Source: Mobula hypostoma (Eukaryota). From it: a stretch of DNA of 64,000 nucleotides. The translations under genes were made by a program, and so were the position numbers. The DNA is taken from assembly GCF_963921235.1 (NCBI RefSeq), contig NC_086108.1:25978001-26042000 (forward strand), read 5' to 3'. The notes under the pieces were generated by a model that saw only the letters and a list, made by a program, of their open reading frames with translations, was not told where the DNA came from and searched no databases. This document shows positions 63,480-64,000 of this stretch, in pieces (position 1 is the stretch's first letter; every line of letters starts with the position of its first letter).

Positions 63480-64000
63480 CTCTCAGGCAAAGTGGAGATT
63501 CCGGACTAGACTGAAATCAATGAGCAATGTTTGACAGCTGTGGCAGGGTTTGAATGCCATAACCTCCTACAAAGTTATATCTTGTGACATAGGGGACAGC
63601 AGAGCTTCACTTCCAGGTGAGCTCAATGACTTCTATATTTGCTTTGACTGTCAGAACAGGGTTTGAAAACTTGGCTGAGTGGTGTAATAACACCAACCTC
63701 ACACACAATGTCAATAAGACCAAGGGACTTCAGGAGAGGGAAACCAGACAGAGATCCATGAGTCAGTAATCATCGGAGGATCAGAGGTGGAGAGGGTCAG
63801 TAACTTTAAATTCCTGAGTGTCACTATCTCAGGGGAAACATCCTGGACAATCATATAAATATTATTGCGAAGAAAGCACTGTCGTGTCTCTACTTCCTCA
63901 GGAACCTGCGGAGGTCTGGCATGGCATTGAAAACCTTGGCATACATGTGTGGTGGAAAGTGTGCTGACTCACTGCATCATAGCCTGGTATGGGAACGTCA
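63480..64000 (+). mobile_element. Degraded Rex1/Babar-like LINE fragment running off the window end
   Basis: gagtggtgtaataacaccaacctc, EVERVSNFKFLSV, LYFLRNLRR and ESVLTHCIIAWYG. Confidence 0.75.

Overview
Vertebrate, almost certainly cartilaginous-fish (probably ray; inferred from the repeat families) genomic DNA that is mostly transposon-derived. It holds many CR1 LINE copies (one near full-length with esterase ORF1 and EN-RT ORF2), Rex1/Babar-like LINE 3' ends, Penelope-like element termini carrying minimal hammerhead ribozyme motifs, Gypsy LTRs and a decayed gag-protease region, V-SINEs, short hAT MITEs, a Sleeping Beauty-like Tc1 element and a mariner-derived fold-back element. Signals not explained by ordinary repeats: (1) three phase-compatible minus-strand exons (21630-21807, 18724-18780, 2314-2363) that splice into a small single-pass membrane protein resembling SCIMP-type transmembrane adaptors; (2) a decayed RBM25 retrocopy split by two LINE insertions and abutting a Gypsy relic; (3) a ~1.3 kb cryptic 16-bp periodic array; (4) two relics of a second, very divergent Penelope-like family. 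All assignments are by eye from remembered motifs, with no database search, and the boundaries of old relics are approximate.
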